DNA from: Actinomycetota bacterium
GTDB taxonomy: Bacteria; Actinomycetota; UBA4738; HRBIN12
Length of the DNA stretch: 64,000 nucleotides
NCBI GenBank assembly: GCA_035640355.1
Contig: DASQWI010000014.1
Span: 9,133 to 73,132 of the forward strand
Direction: 5' to 3'
Part shown: positions 35,629 to 46,659 of the stretch, in pieces
Layout of the letters: every line of letters starts with the position of its first letter
Position numbering within the stretch: position 1 is the first letter of the stretch
The notes under the pieces: generated by a model
What the model was told of the DNA's origin: nothing
What the model saw: the letters and a program-made list of their open reading frames with translations, nothing else
The model's database searches: none
Program-made: the position numbers and the translations under genes

Positions 35629-36068
35629 AGATCCACCACCTCAAGCCGGCCGAGAGGTCGAAGACCGACCGCAAGCGGGTCGGACGGGGCCGAGCGGGCG
35701 TCCGCGGGAAGACGGCGGGGCGCGGCTCGAAGGGTTACCTCGCGCGCCACAACCCGAGGCCCGGGTTCGAGGGCGGCCAGATGCCGCTCCAACGCCGAGT
35801 TCCCAAGCTGAAGGGGTTCAAGAATCCGAACCGCGTCGAGTACGCCGTCGTCAACGTCGAGACGCTCGGGCGGTACTTCGATCGTGAGGTCGACCCCGCG
35901 GCGCTGTCCGCGCACGGGCTCGTTCGCAAGGGTCGCCCGGTGAAGGTGCTCGCCCGTGGCGAGCTCGACAAGGCGTTGACGGTGAAGGCTCACGCGTTCT
36001 CGGAAGCGGCGAAGGAGAAGATCGAGCGCGCCGGCGGAACCGCCGAGCTTCTCGGAACCGACGGGTAG
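35625..36068 (+). CDS. rplO: 50S ribosomal protein L15
   Basis: GTG start overlapping the rpmD stop. 147 aa. Confidence 0.95.
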   Translation: MKIHHLKPAERSKTDRKRVGRGRAGVRGKTAGRGSKGYLARHNPRPGFEGGQMPLQRRVPKLKGFKNPNRVEYAVVNVETLGRYFDREVDPAALSAHGLVRKGRPVKVLARGELDKALTVKAHAFSEAAKEKIERAGGTAELLGTDG

Positions 36069-36080
36069 GATAAGGACCTC

Positions 36081-37373
36081 GTGCTCCGCGCCTTCGTCAA
36101 TGCGTTCAAGGTCCCCGACCTCCGCAACAAGATCCTCTTCACCCTGTTCATCATCGCGGTGTACCGGCTCGGCTCGTACGTGCCGGTTCCCGTCGTCGAC
36201 ATCTCACTACTTCAGAGCCAGCTCGAACAGCAGGGTCTGACCGGGTTCCTCACGTTCATCGATCTGTTCTCAGGCGGCGCGCTGACGAACGTGGCGGTAT
36301 TCGGGCTCGGCATCATGCCCTACATCACCGCGTCCATCATCATGCAGCTCCTCTCCGTCGTGATCCCCAAGCTCGAGCAGTGGCGCAAGGAGGGCGAGCA
36401 GGGCGCGAAGAAGGTCAACCAGTGGACGCGCTACGTCACCGTGGCACTCGCGCTACTCCAGTCGACGGGACTGGCGTTCCTGTTCCATTCCGGTTCGCAA
36501 CAGCTCGGCGGCGTCGACATCTTCCCGACGGGGGAGTTCACCGCGCCGAACGTCGCGCTGATCGTCCTGATCCTGACGGCCGGCACCGCGATGATCATGT
36601 GGATGGGTGAGCTCATCACCCAGCGTGGGATTGGCAACGGCATGTCGATCCTCATCTTTTCCAGCGTGATCTCGGGGCTTCCCACGCAGGGACGCTCGAT
36701 CTACTTGAGCGGAGGAGCCGGGAAGTTCGCCACGATCATCGTCATCGGGCTGGCCATCATCGTCGCGGTCATCTTCGTCGAGCAGGGCCAGCGACGGATC
36801 CCGGTGCAGTACGCCAAGCGCGTCGTCGGCCGACGGATGACGAGCGGCGGGAGCACGTACATCCCGCTGAAGGTGAACCAGTCCGGCGTGATCCCGATCA
36901 TCTTCGCCAGCTCGCTGCTGTACTTCCCCACGCTGCTGGCGAGCGTCTACCACGCGCAGTGGTTCCAGAACGTCGTGAACGACTACGTAACCAATCAGCG
37001 AAGCGTGGTCTACATGGCGATCTACGGTCTCCTGGTCATCTTCTTCGCCTACTTCTACACGGCGATCGCGTTCAATCCGGTCGACACGGCGGACAACCTT
37101 CGCAAGTACGGCGGTTTCGTCCCCGGCATCCGCCCGGGACCACCGACCTCCGACTACCTGAGCTTCGTGTTGACCAGGATCACGCTGCCCGGCTCGATCT
37201 TCCTCGCCTTGATCGCGCTCCTCCCGGCGATCTTCTTCGCGTACTTCCTCCCGGTGGCGCAGTTCCCGTTCGGCGGTACTTCGCTGCTGATCACGGTGGG
37301 CGTCGCGCTCGAGACGATGAAGCAGCTCGAGTCGCAGCTGCTGATGCGTCACTACGAGGGCTTCCTGAGGTAA
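36081..37373 (+). CDS. secY: Preprotein translocase subunit SecY
   Basis: GTG start. 430 aa, 10 TM helices, conserved SecY motifs. Confidence 0.95.
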   Translation: MLRAFVNAFKVPDLRNKILFTLFIIAVYRLGSYVPVPVVDISLLQSQLEQQGLTGFLTFIDLFSGGALTNVAVFGLGIMPYITASIIMQLLSVVIPKLEQWRKEGEQGAKKVNQWTRYVTVALALLQSTGLAFLFHSGSQQLGGVDIFPTGEFTAPNVALIVLILTAGTAMIMWMGELITQRGIGNGMSILIFSSVISGLPTQGRSIYLSGGAGKFATIIVIGLAIIVAVIFVEQGQRRIPVQYAKRVVGRRMTSGGSTYIPLKVNQSGVIPIIFASSLLYFPTLLASVYHAQWFQNVVNDYVTNQRSVVYMAIYGLLVIFFAYFYTAIAFNPVDTADNLRKYGGFVPGIRPGPPTSDYLSFVLTRITLPGSIFLALIALLPAIFFAYFLPVAQFPFGGTSLLITVGVALETMKQLESQLLMRHYEGFLR

Positions 37374-37377
37374 GGCC

Positions 37378-38040
37378 GTGCGGATCATCCTGCTCGGCCC
37401 ACCGGGCGCGGGGAAGGGGACGCAGGCAAGGAAGCTGGCCGAGCGCTACGGGCTCGCAGTGATCGCGACCGGTGACATCTTCCGCGACCACATCGCGCGC
37501 GAAACACCGCTCGGGATGCGGGCCAAGGAGTTCGTCGACTCGGGCGAGTACGTCCCGGACGACATCACCACCGAGATGGTGTTCGACCGACTCGACCAGC
37601 CGGATACGCGTGAGGGGTTCATCCTCGACGGGTTTCCGCGAACCGTTCCGCAGGCGCAGGCGCTCGAGCGCGCGCTGGGGGCGTGGGGGAGACCGCTCTC
37701 GGCCGTGCTGAACTTCAAGATCTCCGACGAGGTCGCGGTGAAGCGGCTCCACGCCAGGCTCGTCTGCCCGAACTGCGGGCGCTCGTACAACATCGAGTTC
37801 AAGCCGCCACGAATCGAAGGCGTCTGTGACGTGTGCGGGCATGAGCTCCGGGGTCGCTCGGACGACGACGAGGCGACGGTCCGCCGGAGGCTCGAGGTCT
37901 ACCACAAAGAGACGAAGCCCCTCGTCCTATACTTCTGGGAGCGCGGCCTCCTCCGAGACATCGACGCCGAGGCGCCGGTCGAGGTCGTGGCCCACCGGAC
38001 TATTGAGGCCATCGCCGATCTGACCGAGGATTACGGGTAG
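37378..38040 (+). CDS. adk: Adenylate kinase (zinc-lid type)
   Basis: GTG start. P-loop GPPGAGKGTQ. Lid CPNCGRSY...CDVCGH. Confidence 0.95.
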   Translation: MRIILLGPPGAGKGTQARKLAERYGLAVIATGDIFRDHIARETPLGMRAKEFVDSGEYVPDDITTEMVFDRLDQPDTREGFILDGFPRTVPQAQALERALGAWGRPLSAVLNFKISDEVAVKRLHARLVCPNCGRSYNIEFKPPRIEGVCDVCGHELRGRSDDDEATVRRRLEVYHKETKPLVLYFWERGLLRDIDAEAPVEVVAHRTIEAIADLTEDYG

Positions 38041-38062
38041 GGCCGCGGGCGTTGGAGACGAT

Positions 38063-38818
38063 GTGATCATCTACAAGTCCCCCGATGAGATCGACAAGAT
38101 GCGGAAGGCTGGCCGCATCGTTGCCGGGACCATCGACCGCGTCCTCGCGGCGGTCGGGCCGGGCGTCACCACCGCAAAGCTCGACGAGGTGGCCGAGGCG
38201 TACATCCTCGAGCAGCGCGCGACGCCCTCGTTCAAGTGGTACCGGGGGACGTTCCCAGCGTCGATCTGCACCTCGCTGAACGACGAGATCGTGCACGGCA
38301 TCCCGTCGACGAAGCGGGTTGTTCGCGAGGGTGACGTCCTGTCGCTGGACTTCGGGGCGATCTGGGACGGCTTCCACGCCGACTCCGCGGTGACGATCAT
38401 CGTCGGCGATCCGCGGTCGCCCGACGCCGAGAAGCTCGTGCGCGTTACAGAGGAGGCGCTCGAGGCGGGGATCTCGCAGATCCGTCCGGGCGGACGGCTC
38501 TCCGACATCGGCGCGGCCGTCCAGCAGGTCGCCGAGGGGGCGGGATTCTCCGTCGTCCGCGAGTACGTCGGACACGGGATCGGCCGGGCCCTCCACGAGG
38601 ACCCCCAGATCGCCAACTACGGTGACCCCGGGCGGGGGCCGGTTCTCAAGCCGGGGCTGGTTGTCGCGGTCGAGCCGATGGTGAACGTGGGCGGCTGGGA
38701 GACGCGGGTGCTCGCCGACGACTGGACGGTGGTGACTAAGGACGGGTCGCTCTCGGCGCACTTCGAGCACACCATCGCGGTGACCGAGGACGGGCACGAG
38801 GTCCTGACCGTCCGATGA
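38063..38818 (+). CDS. map: Methionine aminopeptidase type I
   Basis: GTG start. 251 aa with metal ligands (D..D..H..E..E pattern). Confidence 0.95.
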   Translation: MIIYKSPDEIDKMRKAGRIVAGTIDRVLAAVGPGVTTAKLDEVAEAYILEQRATPSFKWYRGTFPASICTSLNDEIVHGIPSTKRVVREGDVLSLDFGAIWDGFHADSAVTIIVGDPRSPDAEKLVRVTEEALEAGISQIRPGGRLSDIGAAVQQVAEGAGFSVVREYVGHGIGRALHEDPQIANYGDPGRGPVLKPGLVVAVEPMVNVGGWETRVLADDWTVVTKDGSLSAHFEHTIAVTEDGHEVLTVR

Positions 38819-39438
38819 ACGGAGGCTCCGTCTACCGGGCCGACTTCCAGCAAGTCAGGCGGGGATATGCCCCGGATGAGGTGACCGCGCACCTCCGGCT
38901 TGTCGCCGAGCACATGGCCGACCTCGAGGCGCGCATCAAGGAGCTCGACGCGCAGCTCGCGGAGCGGCAACAGTCGGGCGGCGCGGACGCGGGAGATCCG
39001 TACGACATCGTTGCGGCACGGATCGCCGACCTGGTCCGGTCGTTCGACGAGGACGTGGCGCGGATGAGGTTGGACGCCGAGACGGAGGTCGACCGGATCC
39101 TGCAGGAGGCGCGAGATCAGGCCGAACGCACCAGGCAAGAGGCGCAGGCCGAGGTGGAACGCTCGCAGCAGGATGCGGAGACCGCCCGGCAGCAAGCCGA
39201 GGCGGACGCCGCCCGGATCATCTCCGACGTGACGGAGCGGTCCCAGCGTCTGATCGCCGATGCTCACCAGGAGGCTGAGGAATCGGTGGCCGCCCTCCGG
39301 TCGCGCCGCGACGCCCTGCTCGAAGACCTCAGCCAGATCAATCAGTGGCTGGACGAGACGTCCGGGAGGCTCGGAGCCATCCTCGAGCGGGCGGCCCCGC
39401 AGGACTCCGTCGTCGTCGAACCCGAGAGGGCCGAGTAG
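38815..39438 (+). CDS. DivIVA-domain protein
   Basis: N-terminal DivIVA motif [17 protein letters not shown] followed by coiled coil. ATGA start/stop overlap with map. Confidence 0.7.
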   Translation: MNGGSVYRADFQQVRRGYAPDEVTAHLRLVAEHMADLEARIKELDAQLAERQQSGGADAGDPYDIVAARIADLVRSFDEDVARMRLDAETEVDRILQEARDQAERTRQEAQAEVERSQQDAETARQQAEADAARIISDVTERSQRLIADAHQEAEESVAALRSRRDALLEDLSQINQWLDETSGRLGAILERAAPQDSVVVEPERAE

Positions 39439-39599
39439 CCAGCCCTGGGGTTCCTGCGGCCGCAACGCGCCACGTTTTGCCTGGTCATGGACGGTTCGAC
39501 GCGCCGTCCCCTATACTGGCGGTCCGCCTCCAGCCGGAGGCGGTTCCGGCTCGCCCGTGGGTGGGTCGGCGTGTCCAGAACCCGAGGAACAACCGGAGC

Positions 39600-39818
39600 T
39601 TGCCGAAGAAAGACGCCATCGAGGTCGAGGGAACGGTCACCGAACCACTCCCGAACGCGATGTTCCGGGTGCAACTCGAGAACGGGCACAACGTGTTGGC
39701 GCACATCTCGGGGAAGATGCGGATGCACTACATCCGGATCCTTCCCGGGGACCGCGTGCTGGTCGAGCTCTCGCCGTACGACCTGACGCGGGGCAGGATC
39801 GTCTATAGGTACAAGTGA
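39600..39818 (+). CDS. infA: Translation initiation factor IF-1
   Basis: TTG 39600 ([71 protein letters not shown]). Confidence 0.85.
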   Translation: MPKKDAIEVEGTVTEPLPNAMFRVQLENGHNVLAHISGKMRMHYIRILPGDRVLVELSPYDLTRGRIVYRYK

Positions 39819-39831
39819 GGAACGAACGAAG

Positions 39832-39945
39832 ATGAAGGTCCGTCCGTCCGTGAAGAAGATGTGCGACCGCTGCAAGGTTATCCGCCGGCGCGGCCGGATA
39901 CGCGTGATCTGCTCGAACCCGCGGCACAAGCAGGTACAGGGCTAG
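39832..39945 (+). CDS. rpmJ: 50S ribosomal protein L36 (zinc-binding form)
   Basis: Hand-translated 37 aa: [45 protein letters not shown]. Confidence 0.85.
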   Translation: MKVRPSVKKMCDRCKVIRRRGRIRVICSNPRHKQVQG

Positions 39946-39967
39946 GCCAAGGGAGGGAAAAGAGCAC

Positions 39968-40351
39968 ATGGCTCGCATCGCAGGCGTCGACCTTCCACGC
40001 GACAAGCGCGTGGACATCGCGCTCCGCTACATCTACGGGATCGGCCCGACGCGGGCGTACAAGATCATCGACGGGACCGGCGTCGACGGCGGCACGAAGG
40101 TTCGCGACCTGGCCGAGGACGAGGTGAGCCGGATCCGCGAGTTCATCGACAGGACGTTCAAGGTCGAGGGTGATCTTCGGCGCGAGGTCGCTCAGGAAAT
40201 CAAGCGCAAGATCGAGATCGGCAGCTACCAGGGCGTCCGCCACCGGCGGAGCCTGCCGGTCCGCGGCCAGCGCACCCACACGAACGCGCGTACACGTAAG
40301 GGACCTCGGAAGACCGTCGCGGGCAAGAAGAAGGTCGCGGCCAAGAAGTAG
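39968..40351 (+). CDS. rpsM: 30S ribosomal protein S13
   Basis: [15 protein letters not shown]..., 127 aa. Confidence 0.95.
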   Translation: MARIAGVDLPRDKRVDIALRYIYGIGPTRAYKIIDGTGVDGGTKVRDLAEDEVSRIREFIDRTFKVEGDLRREVAQEIKRKIEIGSYQGVRHRRSLPVRGQRTHTNARTRKGPRKTVAGKKKVAAKK

Positions 40352-40365
40352 GAGCGGACGTCACC

Positions 40366-40758
40366 ATGGCGAAGCCGAAGGCCAAGAAGACCAAGCGTCG
40401 CGAGAAGAAGAACGTCGTGCACGGTCAGGCCCACATCAAGTCGACGTTCAACAACACGATCGTCACGATCACCGACCTGCACGGAAACACGATCAGCTGG
40501 GCGAGCGCCGGCAACGTGGGCTTCAAAGGATCACGAAAGTCGACGCCGTTCGCGGCGCAGCTGGCCGCTGAGTCCGCCGCACGGAAGGCGCAGGAACACG
40601 GCCTTCAGAAGGTCGATGTGTTCGTGAAGGGGCCCGGATCCGGTCGCGAGACCGCGATCCGATCGCTCGCCGCCACGGGACTCGAGGTGGCAGGCATCCA
40701 GGACGTCACGCCGGTGCCGCACAACGGCGTCCGGCCCAAGAAGCGCCGTCGCGTCTAG
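40366..40758 (+). CDS. rpsK: 30S ribosomal protein S11
   Basis: [37 protein letters not shown]..., 130 aa. Confidence 0.95.
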   Translation: MAKPKAKKTKRREKKNVVHGQAHIKSTFNNTIVTITDLHGNTISWASAGNVGFKGSRKSTPFAAQLAAESAARKAQEHGLQKVDVFVKGPGSGRETAIRSLAATGLEVAGIQDVTPVPHNGVRPKKRRRV

Positions 40759-40872
40759 GCGGCGAAGAAACAGCCCGCGGAGTCGAACGCGGGTGGGTCC
40801 GCGGGCAACAGCCGCGACCCGAACGCAGATGGCGGGGAGGAGTGGATGATCCCCCGCGGAGGAGGTAGCGCA

Positions 40873-41802
40873 GTGTTTATCGTCGCAAGACCGCAGATCC
40901 AGGAGGAGCCCGTCTCCCCGACGCGGTCCAGATTCGTCATCGAGCCCCTCGAGCCGGGGTTCGGCTACACGATCGGGAACTCGCTCCGCCGCACGCTGCT
41001 CTCGTCGATCCCGGGCGCGGCGATCAGCTCGGTCCGCATCGACGGCGTGCTGCATGAGTTCTCGATGGTCCCCAAAGTGACCGAGGACGTCACCGACATC
41101 ATCCTGAACCTCAAGGAGCTCGTCGTCCGGAGCGACGTCGACGAGCCGGTCACCGTCTATCTGAAGTCCAAGGGCCCTGGCGACGTGACCGCCGGTGACA
41201 TCTCGCCGCCCGCTGGGGTCGAGGTGCTGAATCCCGAGTTGCACCTGGCGACCGTGGGCAAGGGCGGCTCGCTCGAGATGGAGCTGACCGTCGAGCGCGG
41301 CCTGGGGTACCGCATGGCCGACAAGAACAAGAAGCCTCGCGATCCGATCGGCGTGATCCCCGTCGACTCGATCTTCTCCCCGGTGCGGCGCGTGTCGTAT
41401 TCGGTGGAGAACACGAGGGTCGAGCAGATGACGGACCGCGACCGGTTGATCCTCGACGTCGAGACCGACGGCTCGATCACCCCCCGCGAGGCGGTCGCCT
41501 CGGCAGGCGGGACGCTGCTCGAGCTCGTTCAGCTCGTGAGCGACCTCGCCGAAGCGCAGTCGATGCAGGTTGGCCCGGCCGAGGACGACTCGATGCCGTC
41601 GGACTACGCGATCACCGTCGAGGAGCTCAACCTGTCGGTGCGCTCGTACAACTGCCTGAAGCGCGAGGGGATCAACACCGTCGGCGACCTCGTTCAGAAG
41701 TCCGAGGCTGAGCTGATGGACATCCGCAACTTCGGCCAGAAGTCGATCGACGAGGTCAAGGCCAAGCTCGAGGAGCTCGGTCTGAGTCTCCGCGAGGAGT
41801 AA
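40873..41802 (+). CDS. rpoA: DNA-directed RNA polymerase subunit alpha
   Basis: GTG 40873 after a GGAGGAGG RBS (alternative ATG at 40846). [23 protein letters not shown]... plus C-terminal domain. Confidence 0.9.
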   Translation: MFIVARPQIQEEPVSPTRSRFVIEPLEPGFGYTIGNSLRRTLLSSIPGAAISSVRIDGVLHEFSMVPKVTEDVTDIILNLKELVVRSDVDEPVTVYLKSKGPGDVTAGDISPPAGVEVLNPELHLATVGKGGSLEMELTVERGLGYRMADKNKKPRDPIGVIPVDSIFSPVRRVSYSVENTRVEQMTDRDRLILDVETDGSITPREAVASAGGTLLELVQLVSDLAEAQSMQVGPAEDDSMPSDYAITVEELNLSVRSYNCLKREGINTVGDLVQKSEAELMDIRNFGQKSIDEVKAKLEELGLSLREE

Positions 41803-41804
41803 CG

Positions 41805-42164
41805 ATGCCCAGACCGAGGAAGGGTGCGCGTCTGGGATCGGGCCCGGCGCACCAACGACTCTTGCTGAACGGCCTTGCGGCGCAGCTATTCGTACACGAG
41901 CGGGTCAACACGACCGAGGCGAAGGCCAAGGCCGTCCGTCCCGTGGCCGAGAAGCTGATCACGTTCGCCAAGAAGGGCGACGTGGCCTCGCGGCGAGAGG
42001 TGCTGAAACGCATCCCCGACCGCGATGTGGTCCACAAGCTGTTCAGCGAGATCGGCCCGCGCTTCGCCGACCGCAACGGCGGCTACACGCGGATCCTGAA
42101 GCTCGGTCCGCGGCAGGGTGATGCCGCACCGATGGCCCGGATCGAGCTCGTCGAACAGGGCTAG
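41805..42164 (+). CDS. rplQ: 50S ribosomal protein L17
   Basis: [34 protein letters not shown]..., 119 aa. Confidence 0.95.
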   Translation: MPRPRKGARLGSGPAHQRLLLNGLAAQLFVHERVNTTEAKAKAVRPVAEKLITFAKKGDVASRREVLKRIPDRDVVHKLFSEIGPRFADRNGGYTRILKLGPRQGDAAPMARIELVEQG

Positions 42165-42178
42165 CCGTCGGGTTTCGT

Positions 42179-42961
42179 ATGAGCGTCGTCCGGCTGACGC
42201 TCGCCTACGACGGAACCGGATTCCGCGGTTGGGCGAAACAGCGCGGCCAACGCACGGTGGAGGGCGTCCTCACGGACGCCCTCTCGCGTTTCCTTGGAGA
42301 TGTACCTCGGCTCTCGGTCGCCGGTCGAACAGACGCCGGCGTGCACGCGCGAGCGCAGGTGGCGTCGTTCGCGGCGTCGGCCGACACGGTCGACCTCACT
42401 CGGCTGCAGCGCTCGGTGAACACGATGCTCTCGCCGGAGGTGGTGGCGACCGATGCGCGGTGGATGTCGAACGGGTTCGACGCGCGGTTCTCCGCAACGG
42501 CGCGTGAGTACCGCTACCGGATCGACGTCGGGCCGTGGTCGGATCCGTTCGAGGCGCGGTTCGTGTGGTCGCGGCCACGCGAGCTTTCCGTCGGGGCCAT
42601 GCGGGCGGCGGCCCGTCACCTCGTGGGCGAGCACGACTTCTCGGCGTTCTCCCGCAGCGCGGGCGAGGGGACGAGCAACGTTCGCCGGCTCGAGCGCTTG
42701 GCCATCTCCCGGACGGGCGATCGCGTCGACGTGGTTGCCAGGGCGAACGCGTTCGCGCACCAGATGGTTCGCTCGTTGGTCGGGATGCTCGTGGCGGTTG
42801 GCGACGGGTCGCGCGACGCGGCGCAGGTGCCACTCGTGCTCGAGTCCCGCGATCGAGGCGGTGTGCCGTCGGTCGCTCCGCCACACGGGCTGACGCTCGA
42901 ACGCGTCCTCTACGGTCGAAATGCCCGCGGCCATGCGCGTCCGAGGGACGAAGGCGCGTGA
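42179..42961 (+). CDS. truA: tRNA pseudouridine(38-40) synthase
   Basis: LTLAYDGTGFRGWAKQ...GRTDAGVHA catalytic Asp motif. Confidence 0.9.
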   Translation: MSVVRLTLAYDGTGFRGWAKQRGQRTVEGVLTDALSRFLGDVPRLSVAGRTDAGVHARAQVASFAASADTVDLTRLQRSVNTMLSPEVVATDARWMSNGFDARFSATAREYRYRIDVGPWSDPFEARFVWSRPRELSVGAMRAAARHLVGEHDFSAFSRSAGEGTSNVRRLERLAISRTGDRVDVVARANAFAHQMVRSLVGMLVAVGDGSRDAAQVPLVLESRDRGGVPSVAPPHGLTLERVLYGRNARGHARPRDEGA

Positions 42962-43953
42962 TGGAACGGCGCCCCCTCGGCGCAACCGGGCTGTCCGTCA
43001 CTCCGATCGGGCTGGGACTCGCGGCGCTCGGACGCCCCGCATACATCGACCTGGGTCGCGCGGATGATCTGGGTGAACCCGACGATCGCAGCATCGAGGC
43101 GATGAGAACGCGAGCGCACGCCGTCCTCGATGCAGCGTTCGATCTCGGCGTCAGGTACTTCGACGCGGCGCGCTCGTACGGCCTGGCGGAGGAGTTCCTG
43201 GGGTCGTGGCTCGAGGTGCGCAGGCTCGACCGTGACGATGTAACCGTTGGCTCGAAGTGGGGCTACACGTACGTCGGTGACTGGCGCATCGACGCCGAGG
43301 TCCACGAGGTGAAGGACCACACCGTATCGACGCTCCGGCGCCAGATCGAGGAGAGCCGCGAATGGCTCGGCGACCGGCTCGCGCTGTATCAGATCCACTC
43401 CGCCACGCTCGAGAGCGCCGTCCTCGACGACTCAGAGGTTCTCGACGAGCTGACGAGCCTCCACGAGGAACACGGACTCGTCATCGGCATCACGACGAGC
43501 GGCCCACGCCAAGCCGAGACGATCCGCCGAGCGCTCGAGGTCGGCGGATCCGGCGCCGCGCCGTTCGTTGCGGTGCAAGCGACTTGGAACCTGCTGGAGA
43601 CGTCGGCGGGACCGGCGCTGGCCGACGCGCACGACGCAGGCTGGGGGATCCTGGTCAAGGAAGCGATGGCGAACGGGCGCCTCGGCCCGCGCGGAACGGG
43701 ATCACATAAGCGGGTAGTCGACGCCGTCGCCGAACATCACGGCGTCGGTCCGGACGCCGTTGCGCTCGGATCCGTCCTCGCCCAGCCGTGGGCCGACGTC
43801 GTTCTCTCGGGTGCCGTGAACGAGGCGCAGGTGAGCAGCAATCTCGAAGCGCATGACGTCGAGCTGTCCGACGCCGATCTCGCTGAGCTCGGCGCGATCA
43901 CTGAGGCACCGGACCTGTACTGGGAGCGGCGCTCCAGGCTTGCCTGGTCGTGA
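42961..43953 (+). CDS. Aldo/keto reductase family oxidoreductase
   Basis: ATG 42961 (TGATG overlap with truA) inside the listed 42535 ORF. AKR motifs (LGLAALGRPAY, FDAARSYG, HSATLE). Confidence 0.8.
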   Translation: MERRPLGATGLSVTPIGLGLAALGRPAYIDLGRADDLGEPDDRSIEAMRTRAHAVLDAAFDLGVRYFDAARSYGLAEEFLGSWLEVRRLDRDDVTVGSKWGYTYVGDWRIDAEVHEVKDHTVSTLRRQIEESREWLGDRLALYQIHSATLESAVLDDSEVLDELTSLHEEHGLVIGITTSGPRQAETIRRALEVGGSGAAPFVAVQATWNLLETSAGPALADAHDAGWGILVKEAMANGRLGPRGTGSHKRVVDAVAEHHGVGPDAVALGSVLAQPWADVVLSGAVNEAQVSSNLEAHDVELSDADLAELGAITEAPDLYWERRSRLAWS

Positions 43954-44011
43954 CGGTGCACGGCGGCGCGTGCCCCGCGCCGGGCTCTGACGGGGAGGAG
44001 GGTGCGGCTGA

Positions 44012-45268
44012 TCAGTTCTTGTTTTTCGTTGGCTCCGCGGTTACGGATGCACGGCGACCGACAATCGAGCGGGCGGGAGGTCGCTCGAACCTGCCGACGA
44101 GCAGGACGATGATGGCGAGAACCGCTCCGGGCACGAGGATCCAGATCGGCCGCTCGAGCCACCACGCGACCGTCGTGTCCTGCTGTCGGCCAACGCCCAA
44201 CGGCCACAGCGCGAGGATGACGATCAGGTACGCCGTCATGTGCCAGAGGAAGAGCGTCATGATCACGCCGTTCGTGAAGATCGTGGCCTTCCAGGGGCGA
44301 GAGCGCTCGAGCCACAGCGACAGCGGGCGTCGCAGCAGCATCGCCGCGCCGATCACCCAGATCGCGCCGAGCAAGAAGCAGACCGTCGGCGGGTAGGCGT
44401 TCGAGATCTTCTCGACGTCGGTTCCGAGCAGGCTCTTTGGGTAGTGACCGATCCCGGGGAACCATTCGAACCGCGCCTCCCCAAACAGTTCGAACGCCCA
44501 CGAGTTCGTCATCAGCACGAGACCGCCGAGCCCGGCGACGACCATGGCCACGTGCAGTCGCGTGCGTTCGGCGAGTCGCCCGCCCGCGTAGAAGAAGCCG
44601 AGCTGGTGCGGGAACAGCAGGACCGGGACGATGTTGACGTACCTGAACCGTCGGACGCCGAACCCGAAGCCCACAACATCGACCAAGACGACGAGGACGA
44701 TCATGACCATCGGCACCCAGATGCCGAACCGCCGATGGAGCGCGATCAGCACGGGAGCGGCGGTCACGATGAGGAGGTAGACCCCGAGGAACCACAGGGG
44801 ACCGAACGGCAATGTCTGCGCGGGAGGGAACACGCCGCGAAGGAGGGTCGTATCGGCCCACAGCACCGGACCCGCCGGCGTGCCGACGTCGGCAAGATGA
44901 AGACCCACCTGAACGACTGTCCACACACCGAGGAACAGCAAAGAGGGGCGGAGCAAGCGCTCGAGGCGGATCCGAACGAACGTCCCGGTCGTCTCGCCGC
45001 GCCGGCGGAACGACTCATACGCCGTGAGGTTCGAGAACCCACCGACGAAGAAGAAGATCGGCATCACCTGGAAAAGCCACGTGCCGAGCCAGAGCCCGCT
45101 CGACAGGCCGACGGCGCTCGTTAGGTAGACAAGGCCGCTCCCCAGGTGGATCACGCCGATGAACCAGTGGCCGAACACGACGGCGGCGATCGATACCGCG
45201 CGCAGGAAGTCCACGTACCGATCGCGGGACTTCGGTGTCGCCGCCGCGAGCTCGTTGACACTCCCCAT
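44012..45268 (-). CDS. Acyltransferase family 3 (OafA/OpgC-like) integral membrane protein
   Basis: N-terminal motif RYVDFLRAVSIAAVVFGHW, at least 9 TM helices. ATG 45268 proposed (the listed start 45307 is a TTG). Confidence 0.75.
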   Translation of the reverse strand: MGSVNELAAATPKSRDRYVDFLRAVSIAAVVFGHWFIGVIHLGSGLVYLTSAVGLSSGLWLGTWLFQVMPIFFFVGGFSNLTAYESFRRRGETTGTFVRIRLERLLRPSLLFLGVWTVVQVGLHLADVGTPAGPVLWADTTLLRGVFPPAQTLPFGPLWFLGVYLLIVTAAPVLIALHRRFGIWVPMVMIVLVVLVDVVGFGFGVRRFRYVNIVPVLLFPHQLGFFYAGGRLAERTRLHVAMVVAGLGGLVLMTNSWAFELFGEARFEWFPGIGHYPKSLLGTDVEKISNAYPPTVCFLLGAIWVIGAAMLLRRPLSLWLERSRPWKATIFTNGVIMTLFLWHMTAYLIVILALWPLGVGRQQDTTVAWWLERPIWILVPGAVLAIIVLLVGRFERPPARSIVGRRASVTAEPTKNKN

Positions 45269-45422
45269 GCCGTGGAGGGTCGTACGCCGGGACACGGCTG
45301 CGGTCAACGACCGCGCGCAGAGAACCGGGGACCCACCGAGTCATCCCGTTCGGCTTTGACGCCGTCACGAAACCGCAGGTAGCATGGGCCGTCGGTCGGA
45401 TCTCCCGGCCGGCGTCTCCTTG

Positions 45423-46169
45423 ATGAAGACCTATTCGCCACGGCCGCGCGACATCCAGCGCCGCTGGTACGTCATCGACGCCAGCGGGGCCGTGCTCGGC
45501 CGCCTCGCCACGGAGGTCGCGGCGGTCCTCCGGGGCAAGCACAAGCCGATCTTCGCCCCGCACGCCGACACCGGCGATCACGTCATCGTCGTGAACGCGA
45601 AGGGAGTCCGGCTGACGGGCGGCAAGGAGAGCAAGAAGGTCGCCTACCACCACTCGGGCCATCCCGGCGGTCTCACGGAGACGCCGTACGAGCGACTGCT
45701 CGCCCAGCGCCCGGCGTTCGCCGTCGAGAAGGCCGTTCGCGGCATGCTGCCAAAGAACCGGCTCGGCCGGGCCATGGTGAAGAAGCTTCAGGTCTACGCG
45801 GGACCGGAGCACCCGCACCGGTCCCAGAAGCCAGAACCGCTTCGTCTGGGCGAGGTCCCCAAGTGGGACGGGCTGCCCAAGGCGGACGAGGCTCGCCCCT
45901 CGACCCGGCCCGAGCCGTCTGCGCCGCGAGCCAAGCGGTCCACCGCGAAACGCAAGACGGCCGCGACGCCGGCCAAGAAGACGACCACTCGTCGGTCGGC
46001 CGCGAAGAAGACGACCGCCAAGAAGACGACCGCGAAGCGGACGGCGTCCTCGCGTTCGGGCGCTTCGACCGCCAAGAAGAAGACGGCCACGCGGTCGACC
46101 GCCAAGTCGACGTCGACGAAGTCGACCGCGAAGCGGCTGACCAGGCGACGCACCAAGAAGGAGGAGTAG
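45423..46169 (+). CDS. rplM: 50S ribosomal protein L13 with ~100-aa Lys/Ala/Thr-rich basic C-terminal extension
   Basis: ATG 45423 ([33 protein letters not shown]...). After the about 145-aa L13 core comes a tail of AKKTT/AKRT-type repeats. Confidence 0.9.
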   Translation: MKTYSPRPRDIQRRWYVIDASGAVLGRLATEVAAVLRGKHKPIFAPHADTGDHVIVVNAKGVRLTGGKESKKVAYHHSGHPGGLTETPYERLLAQRPAFAVEKAVRGMLPKNRLGRAMVKKLQVYAGPEHPHRSQKPEPLRLGEVPKWDGLPKADEARPSTRPEPSAPRAKRSTAKRKTAATPAKKTTTRRSAAKKTTAKKTTAKRTASSRSGASTAKKKTATRSTAKSTSTKSTAKRLTRRRTKKEE

Positions 46170-46171
46170 CG

Positions 46172-46555
46172 TTGGCGCAGATCGCCACGGGTCGCCGCAA
46201 GGAAGCCATCGTGCGGATCCGGCTCGTTCCGGGGACCGGCGCGTTCAATCTGAACGGCCGCTCGCTCGACGAATACTTCCCGACGCGGGCCCACCGGATG
46301 GTCGTCGGGGCGCCGCTTCGCCTCGTCGGCCGCGACAAGGACCTCGACGTCGTCGCGACGATCGAGGGCGGAGGCGTGTCCGGTCAGGCCGGCGCGCTGC
46401 GCCTGGGTATCGCCCGCGCGCTCATCGAGCTCGACCCCGAGCTGCGTCAGACCCTCAAGCGTGAGGGCTTCCTCTCGCGCGACGCCCGCGAGAAGGAGCG
46501 GCGCAAGTACGGGCTGAAGAAGGCTCGCAAGGCTCCGCAGTTCTCCAAGCGATAG
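46172..46555 (+). CDS. rpsI: 30S ribosomal protein S9
   Basis: TTG 46172 after an AGGAGG RBS. ...[24 protein letters not shown]...[12 protein letters not shown]. Confidence 0.9.
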   Translation: MAQIATGRRKEAIVRIRLVPGTGAFNLNGRSLDEYFPTRAHRMVVGAPLRLVGRDKDLDVVATIEGGGVSGQAGALRLGIARALIELDPELRQTLKREGFLSRDAREKERRKYGLKKARKAPQFSKR

Positions 46556-46659
46556 TCCGGCGCCGTCGGCCGGCCATGTTGTGGCCGCGACGTGAACGAG
46601 CTGGGGTAGGCTTGCCGCCCCCCCATGAGCCCCCGACCACCCCACCTCACGATCCCCTG

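Noticed and set aside
42535-42960. N-terminal 142 codons of the listed 472-aa ORF
   Set aside because: They overlap truA out of frame. The aldo/keto reductase homology begins at the internal ATG 42961 (MERRPLGATGL).
43954-44011. Possible bidirectional terminator between the aldo/keto reductase gene and the acyltransferase gene
   Set aside because: Only weak 4-5 bp GC stems and no U-tract, too marginal to call.
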